Of a DNA stretch of 64,000 nt, positions 33,356 through 45,686 are shown in pieces. The notes below the pieces were generated by a model, which was not told where the DNA came from, searched no databases, and saw nothing but the letters and a program-made list of their open reading frames with translations. Source of the stretch: Opitutales bacterium (GTDB lineage Bacteria > Verrucomicrobiota > Verrucomicrobiia > Opitutales > UBA2987); contig CBDDEL010000013.1 in assembly GCA_965226885.1 (NCBI GenBank), positions 224,001-288,000 of the forward strand, given 5' to 3'. A program made the translations under genes and the position numbers. Position 1 is the stretch's first letter. Every line of letters starts with the position of its first letter.

Positions 33356-34506
33356 CTATTGCTTCAACCAGCGGTCGAACCAGGCGAAAGCATCCTCCTG
33401 CATTTCGCGGTCAAATTTATGAACCCCCGGATAAAAAGAGCCTTTATAGTGATCCGGCGCTCTAGCCTTGTCGTAAATCTCTTTTAAAATCCCATCCGCC
33501 CGCTTCATTTCGGGCAGCGTGAACAGCGGGTCTTCCAAATTATTGAGGATCAGGGTAGGCAGCGGCACCCGCAATCCCAGAATCTCCGGAAAGTCGAGAT
33601 CATGCGGCAGATGTGGAACGTAGCCCATCCAGGAATGGTTTTTTGAGCGATTGAGAAGAATATCCTTCCAGGTCGTCATTAGACCAGCGGTGACCGCGAC
33701 CTTGATCCTGGAATCCATTCCCCCAAGAAAAACGGTTTGCAGCCCGCCGCCGGAAAGACCCCCGCAACCCACTTGGTCGGCATCAACATCCTGGCGCGCG
33801 CAAAGCACGCGCAAAGCACATCGAGGGCGCGCTGGTCATCGGCCAAAAAGACCCCCGGCCATGTCGTCCCGGCGCAAAAAAGAGACCTGGCCAGGATCGA
33901 TTCATGGACCCTGGCCCAAAAGTTGTAAGCCTTGATGAACAATTCGTCTTCTGAATCCGCACAAGTAATTCCTTGACGTATATTTACCGGCACATCCTCC
34001 AACAAAACCCTTCGGCTGCCAAAGGGGAAAACATCGGGGGCCAGGACCGCATAACCGCGTTTGGCCAAGGCATTCGCCCACGGCCTTCCCTCATACATTT
34101 TTTCATGATGCTCGATCATTATCGGGTGCCGTACATCCGCTGTTCGGCATACCTTGCGCTTGCCGAAATATTTATTGCCGGAGTGGTCGTGCAGGGCCAT
34201 CACTCCCGGCAGCGGATCCTCTTCGCCCTCCGGTTTTAAAAAAACGGCTTCGGTGCGCGGCCCATAGGGTAGCTGCCAGGAAAGCAGCTCGACGTACAGG
34301 CCGTCGTAAATGAATTGTTCATGCACCGTTACTTCTGGAGCGCCCCCGCTGTTCGCCTGGGCCAGCAGTTCTTCCATCCGTTTACGGGCGACGGGCCGCC
34401 ATTTTTCCACATCCTGCCACTGCGGGTTGCGAAAAGACAAATTCGGAGGATCTTTCACCAACCCAGCCGCCCAGGGGCCATAGGCGCCGATCATATTAGG
34501 TTCCAT
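33356..34506 (-). pseudogene. Alpha/beta hydrolase (dienelactone hydrolase/acetylxylan esterase-like), frameshifted
   Basis: ALHDHSG..YFGK and nucleophile GLSGGG. An 11-bp tandem duplication GCGCAAAGCAC (33798-33819) separates the two ORFs. Confidence 0.88.
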
Positions 34507-34518
34507 TATCGAATTCCC

Positions 34519-35937
34519 TTACTTTAAATCATCGATCCTGATGCGCGCATACCTCATGGTATTGCCCAACATCCCGAGAATGTCGAGCGTTTGGGAAGGC
34601 GCTGAACCGCTGCGTGGGGTTGCCGTGAAAAATCGCATCAGAGGCGTCTTCATTTCCAAAACGACCGGTTCGGAAAATACGCCGTTACTCTTGACTTCGA
34701 TAATACGGTTTTCCGTCGCCTGAATATGCTGACCGTTATCCTTGTGCCCTAAAGAATAGAATATAAAAATTCTCCCATCAGGCGTAATATGGAATCGACC
34801 GGCCTTGGGTACGATTTCCGATTCCCCTTCCTCGACATGCATGACCGGCGCTCTGAAAATTACCTTCCCCTCATCCAAAATTGCATAATTGAGAGCATGA
34901 GATTGTTTGGCTTCGGGAAAAAATTTCTCCCGCAGGCGCTCGTCAAGGGCGCGTTCCGTCCAGAGCACATGAACCAGATCGTTGCGGGCCACCCAGAGAT
35001 CGGCCGGAAACAGCCATCCACAGGTCTCCTCCCGGCTTGCCACCTCCACCCACTGGTTGAATTTGCCTGTCGAAATATCCTCCGACCAAGTGTAAAACAT
35101 GCGGCGGAAGTCGTAATCCCACTTGTTGCCGGTCAACTGAAGCTTGTATTCGCGCCAGGTCCGATTCGGTTCAATAATGTCGCTGACCCCGAATAAATGA
35201 ACCTCCCTCTCCTTCAACTGTACCGCCGGATAGCAGACGCGGATGGTTTGAGGCACCTCATAATCCGGCCCCCAGGGGTATTTCAAATTTCCCTGGCGGG
35301 ACCAATCACCCTTGGCATTTCGGTAGGTCCAAACGGCCATGTTTTCCCCGACACTTTCATTTTGAAACAAAATCATGTCACCGCCAGTGCGGTCGGCCAC
35401 GAAACTGCGATAGGTAGTCTCCTTGAATCTAAATTTTTCTTGCCATACCGGCACGATCGTTTTGTAGGGAGCTTCAATTTCGGACGCTGAAAAACGCAGC
35501 AGTCGAGGCTCTGCCAGACTTATCGCAAATGGTCCGGTCGCTTCTATACCCGGTTCAAGAGTCGGGTTGACGGATAGAAATAATTGCCCGTTCGCCAACA
35601 CGGTCAGTGGCGAGGGCTCACGAGTGAGGTCCTTTTCGTCCTTCTGGACAAGTTTCCAGCCCTCCTTGTCCCTCTTAAAAAAGAGCCAGCGGGTGTTATT
35701 GTCGGGCGGGATTCCCTCCAGGGTTTCCAATCCGCTGGCAAACACCTCTTCGCCATAACGCACGATGCAGGTATTTCCATAACACCAGAGCGGGTTGGCG
35801 CCATTGTTGGCGTTCACAAAACTGTAAATCTCCTCTTCCACCTCGACCACAGCCTGGAATCCCGGTTCACGCGAAGCCACCAGGCCATTACAAAAAAACA
35901 GGAAAAAACTAAAAAGAAAAATAGCAGGATATTTCAT
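34519..35937 (-). CDS. Exported hypothetical protein (possible beta-propeller)
   Basis: Long intact ORF; signal peptide MKYPAIFLFSFFLFF; no family recognised with certainty. Confidence 0.6.
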   Translation of the reverse strand: MKYPAIFLFSFFLFFCNGLVASREPGFQAVVEVEEEIYSFVNANNGANPLWCYGNTCIVRYGEEVFASGLETLEGIPPDNNTRWLFFKRDKEGWKLVQKDEKDLTREPSPLTVLANGQLFLSVNPTLEPGIEATGPFAISLAEPRLLRFSASEIEAPYKTIVPVWQEKFRFKETTYRSFVADRTGGDMILFQNESVGENMAVWTYRNAKGDWSRQGNLKYPWGPDYEVPQTIRVCYPAVQLKEREVHLFGVSDIIEPNRTWREYKLQLTGNKWDYDFRRMFYTWSEDISTGKFNQWVEVASREETCGWLFPADLWVARNDLVHVLWTERALDERLREKFFPEAKQSHALNYAILDEGKVIFRAPVMHVEEGESEIVPKAGRFHITPDGRIFIFYSLGHKDNGQHIQATENRIIEVKSNGVFSEPVVLEMKTPLMRFFTATPRSGSAPSQTLDILGMLGNTMRYARIRIDDLK

Positions 35938-36128
35938 AGAACACTTACCGGTTAATAGTGCTTGAGCGGAAAATTCATAATTGAATTCAGGTATTACTTC
36001 AACTGGGCCATACCACAGGATATGGTTCACCTTATGATACATTGAGATCCTTTCTCAAGAAATGTCTGACGTAGAACAATCAATATTGATTGTGGACAAC
36101 TACCCCGGCTTCCAACGATAAATAATTA

Positions 36129-36803
36129 ATGATCAAGGAAATTTATTTCTTTTTCCGGTATGGGCCGGGGGTTCAGAAGCGGAAGATTGAATTGGGCATG
36201 GTTGAATTCATGAAAGCCATTGCCAGGGATCTTGATGCGGATGGTTTTGCGGAGCTTCGGACCAGCCTGGTGGGCGATCTGGAGGGAAAGATTCTGGAAA
36301 TCGGATCGGGGACAGGAGCCACTTTCCCTTATTACGGACCCAAGGCGAATGTTACCACAATCGAGCCAAGCGACGAATTTCGGGCCGCCTCTATAGAAGC
36401 CGCTGAAAGCGCCGCAGCCAATATCCGTGTCATTCCGGGTGCGGGGGAGAAACTTCCCTTTCCCGATGCTGCATTTGAAGTGGTGACCACCTCGATGGCC
36501 CTGTGCAGCGTAGCCTCGCCCTCCAGGACCCTGGCCGAATTCAAACGAGTCCTTCAACCGGGAGGCCGGCTCCGGCTACTGGAGCACGTCCGCAGCGAGC
36601 ACTGGCTGGCCGGTCCCCTGCTGGATTTATTCAACCCAATCTGGCTCCGCATCAACGATATAGGCTGCAACTGGAACCGCCGCACGGTGGAAACCGTCCG
36701 CCAAGCCGGATTCACCATCCAGTCAATCGAGTCCCACAAAATCTACTCCAAAACCGCCCCCGCCACCTTCCCCCTGAGAGTCATCAAGGCCGAGAAGCCT
36801 TAA
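36129..36803 (+). CDS. Class I SAM-dependent methyltransferase
   Basis: ILEIGSGTG, EKLPFPDAAFE, LCSV, RVLQPGG..LLEHV, GCNWNR. Confidence 0.9.
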   Translation: MIKEIYFFFRYGPGVQKRKIELGMVEFMKAIARDLDADGFAELRTSLVGDLEGKILEIGSGTGATFPYYGPKANVTTIEPSDEFRAASIEAAESAAANIRVIPGAGEKLPFPDAAFEVVTTSMALCSVASPSRTLAEFKRVLQPGGRLRLLEHVRSEHWLAGPLLDLFNPIWLRINDIGCNWNRRTVETVRQAGFTIQSIESHKIYSKTAPATFPLRVIKAEKP

Positions 36804-36934
36804 TAAGCCATTAGAAATTTTTATTCTCTTGTTGATCAATAAATTTCGATTCGTCTTAATACTATCGGCTGTAAAATTATTTTCTCCATAATAAGTAACG
36901 AAAACGCTGTTTTCAACTTATGTCACGAATATTA

Positions 36935-36967
36935 GAGAATCCTGTGTCCAGCAATCCCTGTACATCA
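36935..36967. mobile_element. Orphan IS3-like terminal inverted repeat
   Basis: GAGAATCCTGTGTCCAGCAATCCCTGTACATCA resembles the IS3 right end GAGAATCCCGTGTCCAACAAATCCAGTACACGTCA. Confidence 0.6.
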
Positions 36968-36981
36968 CGGAATGGATCTAG

Positions 36982-37808
36982 CCCGGATATTTCGTAAAAA
37001 AAGTATCGTTGATATGCTTAACTGCTGATATACAGCAGGATAGATCAATAATTAAAGCAATATCAGCGATGACAAAAGGTAAACAATTAAAGCTACAGTT
37101 GACAAGGGTAAAAGGCCGCCGTGTGCGGGTTGATTTCAAGGGCGGAGAGGTTACTTCGGATGCCGGACTGCTTTTGATCCGGGAAGTGGATCGGCAGTTG
37201 GGCTTGACCGAACGAGCGGCCCGACAGTTAGTGGACAAACGGCAGAAGGGCAAAGTACGCCATGAGGTATTGGGGATGCTGCGGCAGCGCGTTTACGGGC
37301 TGGTGGCGGGCTATGAGGATTTGAACGACTTTGATACCCTGCGCCACGATCTATTGTTGCCAACGGTAACGGGGCGCATTGAAACGTTGGCCAGCGCGCC
37401 GACTTTGTGTCGTTTTGAAAACGGGCAGGATCGGCGGGCGGCCTTTGCGGTAAACGAGCTGTTGGTCGAACAGTTCATGGGCTCCTTTGCCGAGGAACCC
37501 GAAGAGATCATCCTGGACTTTGACGCCACCGACAATCCGGTGCACGGGCTCCAGGAGGGACGTTTTTTCCACGGTTATTATGATCATTACTGTTTTCTGC
37601 CGCTATATGTTTTTTGCGGTGATCAGCTGCTGGTGGCCTACCTGCGGCCGAGCAAGATCGATGCCAGCAAGCATGCCGGGGCCATCCTCAAATTGCTGGT
37701 TAAACGGATTCGCCAAAGCTGGCCCCGTACGCGGATTATTTGGCGCGCCGACAGTGGATTTTGTCGAGACCGGATACTCTCTTGGTGCGACCGCAACGAA
37801 GTTAGTTA
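36982..37808 (+). mobile_element. IS1380-family element, copy 4 (5' half only)
   Basis: CTAG plus left IR; ORF stops at NEVS where the next IS begins. Confidence 0.94.
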
Positions 37809-39625
37809 GAGGCTGTCCCAAAAGGGTGATTTTTGCGAGGGCTTTTGATAGGCGCTCATTTTAGAGGTATTTGCATTTGGGAGAGTATCAACTTTGCTCT
37901 CCTATGACGTTAGGATACTGGTTTTGGGGTCCGGTTGCCTGATTTTCTTTGTATGAGCCGACAGTAAGGCTGTGAAAAAGTATTGTCCTTGCTTTTCCGC
38001 TCTCTAGGCCGCCGCTTTGGTTTTTAGTTCGTCTTGCTGGGCCAGCATCTTGGCTACTTTCCATAGGTTGTGCGAGAGTACCGACCAGGCTACGCTGATC
38101 GAGCGGTTGGCAAAGCCTTTGCTGCGCAACCGCCCGGCCTGCCAGCGATTCTTCAATACCCCGATCCGCCCTTCGGTGCTGGCCCGGCGCTTTTGCAATT
38201 GTCTGAACAGTGGTTCCTCCATCCGTTTTTTCAACTGCTTCGGATCGCGTGGACAGAGCGCGTCGTAGATTCCCTCCTGGGCTAACTGCCGGCGGGCCCG
38301 CTGGGAGGCAAATCCCCGGTCCGCGCACATGGCCGCTATGGGTTCTTCCAGGTTGAAGCGGTTCTGTCTTTGCAAACTCTCTTGCATTTGCTCATTTTCG
38401 CTTGGAGTTCGGCTGCCGTAGAGTTTCCAGTCCAGCAGGTACCCTTCAACGCTTTCTCCCAAAAACAGGGTGTTGCCGAACTCGACCTCTTGGCCCGCTT
38501 TACCTCGCACAATCACCTGCCCATCGAGTTCGTAAACACTCAAGACTTTCTCTGCGTTTTTCACCTGGCGGCCGCCAATGATCCGCTCGGGCGCCTGTTT
38601 GATGACCACCGGGATTTGCTCGCTCATGCGCTCTATCCGGGCGAGGATCTGTTGGACCTGTTTTTCGCTGTAATCGCTTTGCTCCCAGCAGGCTTGCAAT
38701 AATTCCCGGTGACTGCGGGCATGCTCCCCGATCCGTTTGAGCAGCTTTTTCATCTGCCTCAAGATACCCTTGCGCTGCCGCGCGCTGTCCTTTCGCCGCC
38801 GGCTGTGGGTCATTTGTATGCACAGCCGATTCATCTGCCGAGCCAAGGGCTCCGGTTCGATCGGCATGCGATGGCGCAAACCGGCCTTCTCGCGGATCAG
38901 CCGGATCGCTTTGAGCAACGTGCCGGCTACATCCTTGAGTAATACCCAGTCCGTCGGCCAATGAATGTTAGCCTCCAAACAGGTGCCGTCGATCAGGCAA
39001 ATGGTGGTGTCAATCGGCTTGTCCAATCCCACCTGCCGGGCCAGAAGGGCATCGCCCACCACCTCAGTCAAGGTCCGGTGCAAGGCCCTCAACTGCTCTT
39101 CGCTGAAAAACTTCGAGGCCCGCTCCAGGGTGCTTTTGGAGATGCCCCTGATGCCATCGATCTGCCGGACACGGCAAAAGTCGGCCAACAGATCGCTGCT
39201 GCCCAGAGCCCGCGACAAATGCCGAAACGAAATCCCTCCGAGCAGACGGCCCAGCGTATCCATGCGCAGTGCCTTGATGGCAAAACTGGCCCGCTGCCGC
39301 CGGGCCTTTAGACCCATTGGCGGCCACCCCTCCAAGGCCAGCTCAATGGCCTGCGATTCCACCTCCGAGTCGATCAGCAGCCGATCGATTCGATCAATGG
39401 TGGCGCGGAAGTTATCGTAATCGAGGCACCGGTCGACCACAGTTAAAGCTGGACGCAGGAGGCATTGGATGGCTATATTTTTCATAGAAAGGGCTATATT
39501 GATTTTCGCTAACTCAATTATAGAACCCTTTTTTGGCCGGATCGAGCAAAAACTTGCTCTTTCCGGCTCTTTTTATCAACGTCATCCAGTTGACTATAAA
39601 ATCTTTATATTTTTGGGACAGCCTC
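37809..39625 (-). mobile_element. IS5-like/ISNCY (ISDol1-like) element, copy 1 (1817 bp)
   Basis: IR GAGGCTGTCCCAAAA; 493-aa DDE transposase 38004-39485 (DGTCLEANIHWPTD, RGKAGQEVEFG, ADRGF); flanks TAGTTA / TAAGTA do not match. Family assignment is tentative. Confidence 0.88.
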
Positions 39626-41420
39626 TAAGTATGCGGACGCCTTGCGCCCTGCCATTAGGGAATATGTTTCGTCGGGAACATATTTGGCTCTCGGGCTGGG
39701 GAGCGAATTGGTCCGCGAAACGGAAGCCCGCTTAGAAAAAACTCCCTATAAAGGGCAGGCCAGCGCATCCTTGGCCTCCCGTGTCGGCCTCAACATCCGG
39801 CTTGGGGACGACCCGGATGAGCTGCCCGCCCAAATGCGTCATCAGGCAGAGCCGCATATCGCTCGGCATCCCATGAATCCGGACCTCGTGGTAGGTACTT
39901 TCCAGGAGGGCCGGTTTACCGATGGCGGGGCGGTCAATTGCGGTTACGCCGTCAGTCAGGATGGCGGGCTGAACTGGAATCGGGCTCTCATTCCCGGTCT
40001 GACTACTGTTTCCGGGGGAACTTTTGAAAGGGCATCCGATCCCGTGTCGGCGGTCGATCATCTGGGCAATATTTACCTCAACACCCTCGGCATCACACCT
40101 TTTCCAACCGGCAACTTGATTATGATGAGCAAGAGTTCCGACGGGGGGTTTAATTTCGATTTGCCCGTAGTGGCTGCTGAGCCGCCCGGTGAAGGCGATT
40201 TTTTGGACAAGAACTGGGTTGTCGTGAACACTTTTTCCGGAACGCCCACTGCCGGACGGGTTTTCACATCATTTACCAATTTCCGCGACGACGACGCTGG
40301 TTTTCCCATTATGGCTTCTTACAGTGACGATGGGGGAGAAAGTTGGCTTTCGGAACTTATCTTCGTGACCCCGCCCAACTCATTTTGCCAGGGTTCCCAA
40401 CCCGTTTACCTGCCCGATGGCGATTTGGCGGTCGTTTATTGGAATTTTATAACCCCCGACGGTGGTTTTGCCGACGACCGGATTGAAATTAGGATTTCTG
40501 AAGACGGTGGCGGCGTCTTTGGTCCCCCGCTTCTGGTGGCGGGCGGCTTCACGGTTTATGGTGACCCAGTCCTGCACGGCGGCACATTTCTACCCTCTGC
40601 TGCCGCAGACCGTAATGCAGGTGCGCTCTTTGTCACCTATCAGGCGGTTATGGAGGGCATTCCCAAAGTTGTGTTCACCCGTTCATCCGATAAAGGGCAA
40701 ACCTGGACAGCGCCCCTCGCCGCGAGCAATAATCCCGCCGGCAGTTCCATCGCCAGTCCCGCTATTGCAGTTTCGCCCGATGGGCGCCATGTCACCATAA
40801 TTTTTTACGATACCCGCGATAATCCGCAAAACGGCAACCTTTTCCATCTTTACCTGGCCGAGTCTTTTGACGGTGGCGGTACCTGGGAGCCAAACACCCG
40901 CCTCTCGGATACCCCCAGCAACGCCCTTCTGGCCCCATTGACGCCGGGTGGGCGCATGTTAGGAGATTACCTGGGGGTGGTTTCCGCTTTGGGTGGTCAA
41001 GCCCCCGCAGTTGCCATCTGGATCGACACCCGCACCGGCTCGCCGGACCCTTTTGCCGTAGCCTTCGACCGTCCTTTTCCCGATCCCTTCGGAGGGGAAG
41101 AAATCGCCGATTTCCCCGGTTGGAACGCTTCGCCTTGGTACGACGACTATTTTACGGATTTATGGCCTTGGGTGTATCATTCCCAGCACGGCTGGCAATG
41201 GGTGAATCTGGAGAACGGTCCGCAGGGAATATTTCTTTTCGATTTGGGCCTTAACGAGTGGATTTTTCTTAATGAAAACACCTACCGATGGTTCTTTCTC
41301 TTTGGCGATACGCCCGGCTGGGTCTGGTCCTTCCCGGATGGAAATCCTGTGGAACGTTTTTTTGTCCGGGCGAACAGCGATTGTATATTCAGCGACTTAT
41401 CCGGCTCCGGCTGCCCATAA
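39626..41420 (+). pseudogene. BNR/Asp-box (sialidase-like propeller) protein with Trp-rich C-terminal domain; N-terminus removed at the IS boundary
   Basis: Repeated Asp-boxes (SQDGGLNW, SSDGGFNF, SDDGGESW, SEDGG, SSDKGQTW, SFDGGGTW) and GDY. The frame is open up to the IS end with no signal peptide. Confidence 0.78.
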
Positions 41421-41458
41421 CTCAATATTGCGGAGTTTTCCCCGCGCCGTAAACTACC

Positions 41459-42190
41459 CTAAAGCCCGGCCGTTTCCGTCTCGGCTTCCTCTTCCGCCTC
41501 TTCGACTCGAAGTTCGGGAATACTATCGCGCAGTTGGCCCACCTTGATAGACCAAATCCAGTAACCGGGCTTGGCCAGCGTGTCGATAAAATCAAGCTGC
41601 TCTTGCACCGCCTCGAATTCTTCCTTTTCCCAATGGTGGATGGCCAGATTGTAGGCCGCCTCCGCGCGAGTGGAATCGAGCATAGATTCATCTCTGGCAA
41701 GGGTTTCCAAAGATTGCTGCGCTATAACTGCTTGGCCATTTGATAGACTGGCCATGGCATAGCCAAGTTGCGCCCGGCCCGCATATGGCGTATCCGCTAA
41801 AATTTCGGCCGCTTTCTCATAGTGCCCGGCCGCTTCCTTAAATTGTTTTTGGTCGTATTCCTGATGGGCCGCCTGCAAATAGGCGAAACCGCCCAGCGGA
41901 TGGCTGGAATATTCCAATCCGAAAGTGACCAAATCGGTCGAGTCTTCGGTTTCCTGGTAAGCCGTCTGAATCTTCTCCACATTGCGCTGGGCAAGATACC
42001 CGGAAACCTGGTAAGCCAGCACCGCCACAACCACCAGGGCCACGATCATGACCAGGCGATTCCCGTGAACACCCCATAATTGGAGTACCTGCTCCTCGAA
42101 ATCGCCATCCCCAGGCGGTGTTTCCACAGACCCTGCCTGACGCGGGTTGGCGGCTATAATATTCCTCTTTCTGGATGATTTCTTTTTCAT
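41459..42190 (-). CDS. Membrane-anchored TPR protein (YfgM-like)
   Basis: N-terminal FEEQVLQLW, a single TM helix, then TPR helices. Confidence 0.75.
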   Translation of the reverse strand: MKKKSSRKRNIIAANPRQAGSVETPPGDGDFEEQVLQLWGVHGNRLVMIVALVVVAVLAYQVSGYLAQRNVEKIQTAYQETEDSTDLVTFGLEYSSHPLGGFAYLQAAHQEYDQKQFKEAAGHYEKAAEILADTPYAGRAQLGYAMASLSNGQAVIAQQSLETLARDESMLDSTRAEAAYNLAIHHWEKEEFEAVQEQLDFIDTLAKPGYWIWSIKVGQLRDSIPELRVEEAEEEAETETAGL

Positions 42191-42365
42191 TTATTGAGCA
42201 AAGCCAAGAGGGTTCTCAAACAAACCGGAGCAAGTCAACCATCTTCCTGTGCCCAATTTTCTATCAAAAAGAGGAAAACTTTTTGCTTGGTGTCGATAAC
42301 AGAGTCGGCTAATAGATGGCTCTTTCAACAATTTTTTGATTCCAGAAACTTTTACCAGGCTAGTT

Positions 42366-42956
42366 ATGAAAATGCTCAAAGACGAAGCTGAACCTCGGGA
42401 TGAGGCCGTCAGCATCCGCAACATCATGCAAAAAAAATTCCTCGAGGAGAGGAAAGTGTTCCTTTGGGGGGAAGTAAGCGATGAAAGCTGCCGCGATGTG
42501 ACGGATAAATTCTTCTACCTGGAATCGACCGACCCGGGTAAAGAAATCATTTTTTACATGAACACCCCGGGCGGCTCCATCACCGCCGGCATGGCCCTCT
42601 ACGACACCATGAAGCTGATCAGCTCGCCCATTACCGTGGTAGTCACAGGAATGGCCGCCAGCATGGGCTCTGTGCTTTTATGCGCCGGAGCAAAGGGCAA
42701 ACGCCTCCTCTATCCCCACTCGCGCATCTTGATTCACCAACCCCTCATCACCGGCCGCATGATGGGCGCGGCGGTCGATATCAACATTCAAGCCCAGGAA
42801 ATGGAGAAACTTCGCGACGAGCTCAACGGCATCCTCGCGGAGAGTTCCGGCCAGCCCATCGAGAAAATCCGCAAGGACACCGATCGCGATTTTTACATGA
42901 ACGCCCAGGAGACCATCGATTACGGCCTGGCCGACGCCATCGTGGATAAAGTTTAA
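42366..42956 (+). CDS. clpP: ATP-dependent Clp protease proteolytic subunit
   Basis: NTPGGS, GMAASMGS, HQP, DRDFYMNAQETIDYGLAD. Confidence 0.96.
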   Translation: MKMLKDEAEPRDEAVSIRNIMQKKFLEERKVFLWGEVSDESCRDVTDKFFYLESTDPGKEIIFYMNTPGGSITAGMALYDTMKLISSPITVVVTGMAASMGSVLLCAGAKGKRLLYPHSRILIHQPLITGRMMGAAVDINIQAQEMEKLRDELNGILAESSGQPIEKIRKDTDRDFYMNAQETIDYGLADAIVDKV

Positions 42957-42988
42957 ACTTCATTTTACGAAGACACCGTGTAATCCCC

Positions 42989-43020
42989 GAAACGGAGATA
43001 TACAATATCTCCGTTTCTTC
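42989..43020 (+). terminator. Hairpin/terminator after clpP
   Basis: Perfect 12-bp stem GAAACGGAGATA / TATCTCCGTTTC. Confidence 0.6.
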
Positions 43021-43161
43021 TCAATCCCCAATCCCTGGTACGAATTTGCACACAGCAGCCCGCCCGAATTTGAGATAGCTTCTAAACAATATGAAAAATT
43101 ACCAGCGCTTCAAAATGATACGCAATTGCTACCAGAATTTGAATCGAGGGCCGAAATATCA

Positions 43162-43574
43162 ACCACAGTTCGTCCAGTTCAATGACATCATGGCGGCGGG
43201 CCGCAAGAATCGTGCTTTTGAGCGGTCGCAGCGATTGTCGTTTTTTTTAACCAACTCAAAACGGTGTTGGGACTCACCCCGAAGGCGCGCTGTAAACCGC
43301 GTAGACTGCTGCGTTCCTGATAGACTCGAAGGATCATTTCTTTTTGCTCTTCGGTGTATTTCACTGTGGGGTTTTCGCGGCTTTGTTTACCACAATCATG
43401 GCAGCGGTAGCGCTGTTTATGGTTGGGCGTCTTGCCAAATTTAATGATATTTTCACTTCCACAGTGCCGACAATTAATAATTTTAGTAACCATGCACTAA
43501 GAATAAGAATAAACTGCCTAACGCTATTTGTACAGCTAAAAATACAAAATAACATTCTTTTTTTATACACTACC
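43162..43574 (-). mobile_element. IS1-family type A, truncated copy (left end and insA only)
   Basis: insA 43188-43493 identical in protein to the other copies; ACACTACC end at 43574; insB lost. Confidence 0.9.
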
Positions 43575-45646
43575 TCATTTGAAATAGTTCTGTAGTTTAG
43601 AGGCTGTCCCAAAAGGGTGATTTTTGCGAGGGCTTTTGATAGGCGCTCATTTTAGAGGTATTTGCATTTGGGAGAGTATCAACTTTGCTCTCCTATGACG
43701 TTAGGATACTGGTTTTGGGGTCCGGTTGCCTGGTTTTCTTTGTATGAGCCGACAGTAAGGCTGTGAAAAAGTATTGTCCTTGCTTTTCCGCTCTCTAGGC
43801 CGCCGCTTTGGTTTTTAGTTCGTCTTGCTGGGCCAGCATCTTGGCTACTTTCCATAGGTTGTGCGAGAGTACCGACCAGGCTACGCTGATCGAGCGGTTG
43901 GCAAAGCCTTTGCTGCGCAACCGCCCGGCCTGCCAGCGATTCTTCAATACCCCGATCCGCCCTTCGGTGCTGGCCCGGCGCTTTTGCAATTGTCTGAACA
44001 GTGGTTCCTCCCTCCGTTTTTTCAACTGCTTCGGATCGCGTGGACAGAGCGCGTCGTAGATTCCCTCCTGGGCTAACTGCCGGCGGGCCCGCTGGGAGGC
44101 AAATCCCCGGTCCGCGCACATGGCCGCTATGGGTTCTTCCAGGTTGAAGCGGTTCTGTCTTTGCAAACTCTCTTGCATTTGTTCATTTTCGCTTGGAGTT
44201 CGGCTGCCGTAGAGTTTCCAGTCCAGCAGGTACCCTTCAACGCTTTCTCCCAAAAACAGGGTGTTGCCGAACTCGACCTCTTGGCCCGCTTTACCTCGCA
44301 CAATCACCTGCCCATCGAGTTCGTAAACACTCAAGACTTTCTCTGCGTTTTTCACCTGCCGGCCGCCAATGATCCGCTCGTGCGCCTGTTTGATGACCAC
44401 CGGGATTTGCTCGCTCATGCGCTCCATCCGGGCGAGGATCTGTTGGACCTGTTTTTCGCTGTAATCGCTTTGCTCCCAGCAGGCTTGCAATAATTCCCGG
44501 TGACTGCGGGCATGCTCCCCGATCCGTTTGAGCAGCTTTTTCATCTGCCTCAAGATACCCTTGCGCTGCCGCGCGCTGTCCTTTCGCCGCCGGCTGTGGG
44601 TCATCTGTATGCACAGCCGATTCATCTGCCGAGCCAAGGGCTCCGGTTCGATCGGCATGCGATGGCGCAAACCGGCCTTCTCGCGGATCAGCCGGATCGC
44701 TTTGAGCAACGTGCCGGCTACATCCTTGAGTAATACCCAGTCCGTCGGCCAATGAATGTTAGCCTCCAAACAGGTGCCGTCGATCAGGCAAATGGTGGTG
44801 TCAATCGGCTTGTCCAATCCCACCTGCCGGGCCAGAAGGGCATCGCCCACCACCTCAGTCAAGGTCCGGTGCAAGGCCCTCAACTGCTCTTCGCTGAAAA
44901 ACTTCGAGGCCCGCTCCAGGGTGCTTTTGGAGATGCCCCTGATGCCATCGATCTGCCGGACACGGCAAAAGTCGGCCAACAGATCGCTGCTGCCCAGAGC
45001 CCGCGACAAATGCCGAAACGAAATCCCTCCGAGCAGACGGCCCAGCGTATCCATGCGCAGTGCCTTGATGGCAAAACTGGCCCGCTGCCGCCGGGCCTTT
45101 AGACCCATTGGCGGCCACCCCTCCAAGGCCAGCTCAATGGCCTGCGATTCCACCTCCGAGTCGATCAGCAGCCGATCGATTCGATCAATGGTGGCGCGGA
45201 AGTTATCGTAATCGAGGCACCGGTCGACCACAGTTAAAGCTGGACGCAGGAGGCATTGGATGGCTATATTTTTCATAGAAAGGGCTATATTGATTTTCGC
45301 TAACTCAATTATAGAACCCTTTTTTGGCCGGATCGAGCAAAAACTTGCTCTTTCCGGCTCTTTTTATCAACGTCATCCAGTTGACTATAAAATCTTTATA
45401 TTTTTGGGACAGCCTCTAGTTTAGTTCATTCATAGTACGAACATCAACATCCATTGGGTCTTCACCGCCGAGTGAAAAAAATATATGAGTTAAGGATAGT
45501 CCATCAGTCTTACGAATATGGTACAAATAAACTCTTTGGTATCCATTGGGCAATTTGTATGGGCAGAATTGCCGGAAATGAAATTCTCTTTTCAGATCTA
45601 ATAAAAATGTTAGACCATGTTTTGTTTCTCGAATCCACCTGTTCAT
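43575..45646 (-). pseudogene. Sulfotransferase (family-2-like) N-terminal fragment, disrupted by ISNCY and IS1
   Basis: RVYLYHIRKTDGLSL resembles the HIxKTGGTS PAPS loop. Removing the IS at 43600-45416 with its TAGTTTA TSD restores ...MNELN-YRTISNE up to the IS1 end. Confidence 0.6.
43600..45416 (-). mobile_element. IS5-like/ISNCY element, copy 2 (1817 bp)
   Basis: Same IRs as copy 1; 7-bp TSD TAGTTTA; transposase 43795-45276. Confidence 0.9.
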
Positions 45647-45686
45647 TTGGAGAGAGCTTGTTTAGTTAAATAAAATAGAGTAATTT

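Noticed and set aside
37809..45416. Composite transposon carrying clpP between the two ISNCY-like copies
   Set aside because: Copy 2 has its own 7-bp TSD and the outer flanks do not match.
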